DNA from: a virus
Lineage: Duplodnaviria; Heunggongvirae; Uroviricota; Caudoviricetes
Direction: 5' to 3' (one strand)
Length of the DNA stretch: 64,000 bases
Virus record (IMG/VR): IMGVR_UViG_3300012347_000217
Location: 46,664-110,663 of that record
Part shown: positions 62,052-64,000 of the stretch, in pieces
Layout of the letters: each line of letters starts with the position of its first letter
How positions within the stretch are numbered: the stretch's first letter is position 1
Position numbers and translations under genes: made by a program
The notes under the pieces: model-generated
What the model was told of the DNA's origin: nothing
Seen by the model: the letters and a program-made list of their open reading frames with translations, nothing else
Database searches by the model: none

Positions 62052-64000
62052 TGAATACATTAGAAAACAAATTATCAGCAAAGGTAGCCTCACAGCTACC
62101 CGAGTTTATTCGGAACGACACCAGTTATGAAACGTTTGTAGCATTTATACAGGCGTATTATGAGTGGCTCGAAGAAGTAAACACATCTAATACGCAAATC
62201 GCAACTGCGACTACGAATCAAGGTGTGACTTTCGCCACACAGAATATGTTGAACTACAATGATGTAGATACAACAATTGATACATTTGTGGACTACTATG
62301 TTAATGAATTTCTTCCTAACTTTCCAAAGGAAGCATTAACAGATAAGACAAAACTAATTAAGATTGCCAAGCAGTTGTATGCCTCAAAAGGTACACCTGC
62401 ATCATACCAATTCCTGTTCCGTGCATTGTATAACTCTGATGCAGAGTTGTTTATGACACGTGATGTGGTGCTACGTGCATCAGACGGTAAGTGGTATGTT
62501 TCTAAGTCTCTGAAACTTGCAACAAATGATTCTGCATTTTTGTCGCTAGAAAGTCTGAGACTTTTTGGTGAAACATCAAAGTCTATTGCTACTATCGAAC
62601 GTTCTATTCGTTCAGGTAATAAAATTGAAGTATACATTTCAAACATCGAACGTCTATTCCTATCAGGTGAATTCGTTCGTGTCGTAGACAACAATAACCA
62701 GACACTATACTTCTTGAATGGTGAAGTTGTTCCAGAAGGAACTCCAGGTTCTGTATCACTCTCTGCTAAGATTGTGGGTTCTATTTCATCCTTACAGATT
62801 AATGGAACCAAACGTGGTCAGTTGTACAGTGGAAGAACCGATACTTACTCAGGTGACCCAGTAGTATTCTATGGTGGTCTGAATGATGCCGATGCAACTC
62901 CAGCCAAGGCTTATGTACTAGAAACAACAACAGGTTCTCTGCGTGACGTTCAGATTGAAAACGGTTCTTATGGTTACAGACAAGATCCAAACACATTCAT
63001 TTCTATCGTCGGTGGCGGTGGCTCAGGTGCTATTGCGAACGTTGCCACAATTAATCCGGCAGGACAAATCAACGTTGCATTTATTCCGAGAGACTACATC
63101 AGCCTCGCACAGAATACCAAGATTGGTAACAACAGATTCTCTTTCTTCTCAGCCAACACAGCAGCCAATGCTAACTGTTCTTTGGCAAATGCGTTCTCAT
63201 TCACAGCTTTCTCGACATTCCCAATCGGTTCTGTCACACTGAATAATGGTGGCGGCGGTTACAGAACATTACCCACAATTTCTGCCAAGAGTTTGTATGA
63301 CACCACAGATCCACAACCAACAGAAAGCTTAAAAGTTAAGGCTGACCTTGGAGCCTTGGGTATCTTGGGACCAATTGTTATCAACAGTGGTGGTACAGGT
63401 TATGCAAACGGTGATATCATCCGTTTCACTGGTGGTTCCGGAACAGGTGCCTTTGCTAACGTGACTGTTAATGCGACAGGTACAATCATCTCTGCGTCTT
63501 ACATATATTCCAATACGACAAACGGCATCTCGACATATCCATTAGGTGGTCTAGGTCACACCAATGCTCGTCTACCAGAACTAAGAATCACAACTTCAGG
63601 TGGTGCCAATGCCAACCTAGCCGTGTATACAGTTCTAGGTCAAGGTGCTACATTCACATCTGTCGCTGACGAACGTGGTATCGGTGCGATTACATCTTTC
63701 ATCGTGGAAGATTTCGGTGAAGATTACATTGCTGCACCATCAGTATCATTGAAGGTACGTGATTTGGTTGTGTCCAATGTGAACCTGAATAACATCATTA
63801 AAACAGGTGAAATCGTTTATCAAGGTGCATCGGCAAATGCTCCAGTGTTCCGTGCATATGTAGACTCTATTCAGCTATTGCAAACTGGTGATGTTCAGGC
63901 TAACTCCAAGTATGTTCTCAGAACTTATAACTACACATCGAATACCAAGACTAACTTGCAATTGGTGGTAACAGACCGTGAAGATGCTGCTAACATCTAC
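62051..64000 (+). CDS. large baseplate/fibre structural protein, 5' partial (gp7-like position)
   Basis: ATG 62051 overlapping the gp6-like stop; open to window end (about 650 codons); repeated GGxGY..P..I domains. Confidence 0.5.
   Translation, partial: MNTLENKLSAKVASQLPEFIRNDTSYETFVAFIQAYYEWLEEVNTSNTQIATATTNQGVTFATQNMLNYNDVDTTIDTFVDYYVNEFLPNFPKEALTDKTKLIKIAKQLYASKGTPASYQFLFRALYNSDAELFMTRDVVLRASDGKWYVSKSLKLATNDSAFLSLESLRLFGETSKSIATIERSIRSGNKIEVYISNIERLFLSGEFVRVVDNNNQTLYFLNGEVVPEGTPGSVSLSAKIVGSISSLQINGTKRGQLYSGRTDTYSGDPVVFYGGLNDADATPAKAYVLETTTGSLRDVQIENGSYGYRQDPNTFISIVGGGGSGAIANVATINPAGQINVAFIPRDYISLAQNTKIGNNRFSFFSANTAANANCSLANAFSFTAFSTFPIGSVTLNNGGGGYRTLPTISAKSLYDTTDPQPTESLKVKADLGALGILGPIVINSGGTGYANGDIIRFTGGSGTGAFANVTVNATGTIISASYIYSNTTNGISTYPLGGLGHTNARLPELRITTSGGANANLAVYTVLGQGATFTSVADERGIGAITSFIVEDFGEDYIAAPSVSLKVRDLVVSNVNLNNIIKTGEIVYQGASANAPVFRAYVDSIQLLQTGDVQANSKYVLRTYNYTSNTKTNLQLVVTDREDAANIY

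Noticed and set aside
1-64000. Homing endonucleases, group I introns, integrase or other mobile-element genes
   Set aside because: No GIY-YIG, HNH, LAGLIDADG, integrase or transposase signatures were recognised in any ORF. Absence is judged by eye only.

Overview
This window reads as part of a T4-like myovirus genome. It is almost entirely + strand, with one - strand structural block at 47.0-53.7 kb. Recognisable T4-family proteins include gp32 ssDNA-binding protein, gp59 helicase loader, a gp33-like protein, DexA exonuclease and gp30 ATP-dependent DNA ligase. The structural module contains gp25, gp6-like, a gp5 N-terminal OB domain and a gp53-like LysM protein, along with several tail-tube-fold proteins.

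The first ~31 kb is an early-gene region. It holds many short ORFs driven by a repeated sigma70-like promoter family with a TTGCCA -35 box, plus several AAA+ ATPases, a protein-kinase-like ORF and three strongly acidic small proteins.

The middle of the window carries an auxiliary block. Its core is an NAD salvage pair (NadM-Nudix, NadV) with a macro domain and a nucleoside-deoxyribosyltransferase-like ORF between them, and a GNAT, MazG, PhoH and a PD-(D/E)xK nuclease downstream.

The most unusual features are listed below.
- A promoter-driven tmRNA-like element lies at 43.6-44.0 kb with its two pieces in permuted order (T-arm and CCA piece upstream of the GGGG 5' end and tag ORF). It encodes the tag ANDESYALAA and sits immediately upstream of a SleB-like lysin.
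- An Hsp90/HtpG-like GHKL ATPase (about 728 aa) lies next to an AAA_5 (CobS/MoxR-like) ATPase.
- A ~2 kb promoter-dense region with little coding capacity (5.25-7.41 kb) contains paralogous ~110-nt units, each placed directly after a consensus promoter; these are candidate small RNAs.
- Two tandem paralogous large proteins are encoded on the - strand next to the baseplate genes.

All calls rest on motifs and remembered family signatures read from the sequence. No database searches were run.
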